The notes under the pieces were generated by a model. That model searched no databases and was not told the origin of the DNA. It worked only from the letters and a program-made list of their open reading frames with translations. Both the position numbers and the translations under genes were made by a program. 64,000 nt of DNA from Octopus sinensis. Taxonomy: Eukaryota. Shown in pieces: positions 63,842-64,000 of this stretch (position 1 is its first letter; every line of letters starts with the position of its first letter). The DNA lies in the NCBI RefSeq assembly GCF_006345805.1, contig NC_043015.1, positions 30,256,001 to 30,320,000 on the forward strand, given 5' to 3'.

Positions 63842-63955
63842 GTTAAACGCTATGGTAAACTTTCACAACCAGGAAGAGAAGGACAGTATGCAACTGTTAG
63901 CTACGGGTGTCGACTCCCCACTGGACATTTCATAATCTCAGTCAGATGCTTCCTG
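63842..63955 (+). CDS. Candidate internal coding exon (38 codons, phase 0/0), product unknown
   Basis: aatttcactgtatttAG | VKRYGKLSQPGREGQYATVSYGCRLPTGHFIISVRCFL | CTG/GTGAGT consensus donor; only this frame is open; non-repetitive in the window. Confidence 0.45.
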
Positions 63956-64000
63956 GTGAGTTCAAACAAGTAGGAACAGGTTTTGTGTTGTGAAAATGCA

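Noticed and set aside
1-64000. Prokaryotic-type systems (operons, CRISPR-Cas, defence islands, prophage), rRNA, telomeric arrays
   Set aside because: No long complex ORFs or diagnostic sequence; the window is eukaryotic intronic/intergenic DNA.

Overview
AT-rich, repeat-dominated eukaryotic DNA. The SINE/LINE repertoire and dense (TA)n, (CA)n, (GA)n and (CAT)n tracts suggest an octopus (cephalopod) genome; this is an inference. No complete protein-coding gene is visible, and almost all ORF-track entries are translated microsatellites. The window holds dozens of copies of three tRNA-headed SINE families (working labels A, B, C) and of an RTE-LINE 3' end (label D). It also holds decayed CR1, RTE, mariner, DD37D/maT and Helitron coding remnants, hAT- and piggyBac-type MITEs, and a 1-kb LTR-like element. 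Candidate host-gene signals are a TATA/first exon at about 25.36-25.65 kb and well-bounded candidate exons at 20.9 kb and 63.8 kb. The most notable signal is a set of self-cleaving-ribozyme motifs read directly from the sequence. There are seven hammerhead motifs with all stems plus two degenerate ones, all in short (TA)n-anchored, Penelope-like segments. Six of the seven sit in head-to-head inverted pairs, including two tandem ~310-bp near-perfect palindromes at 40.27-41.09 kb. There is also a candidate HDV-like fold at the exact 5' end of a 367-bp TSD-flanked RTE-derived element. Hammerheads in Penelope-like elements are established; the palindromic dual-ribozyme units, the recurrent CCGA core variant and the arm-concerted changes are the points worth testing.
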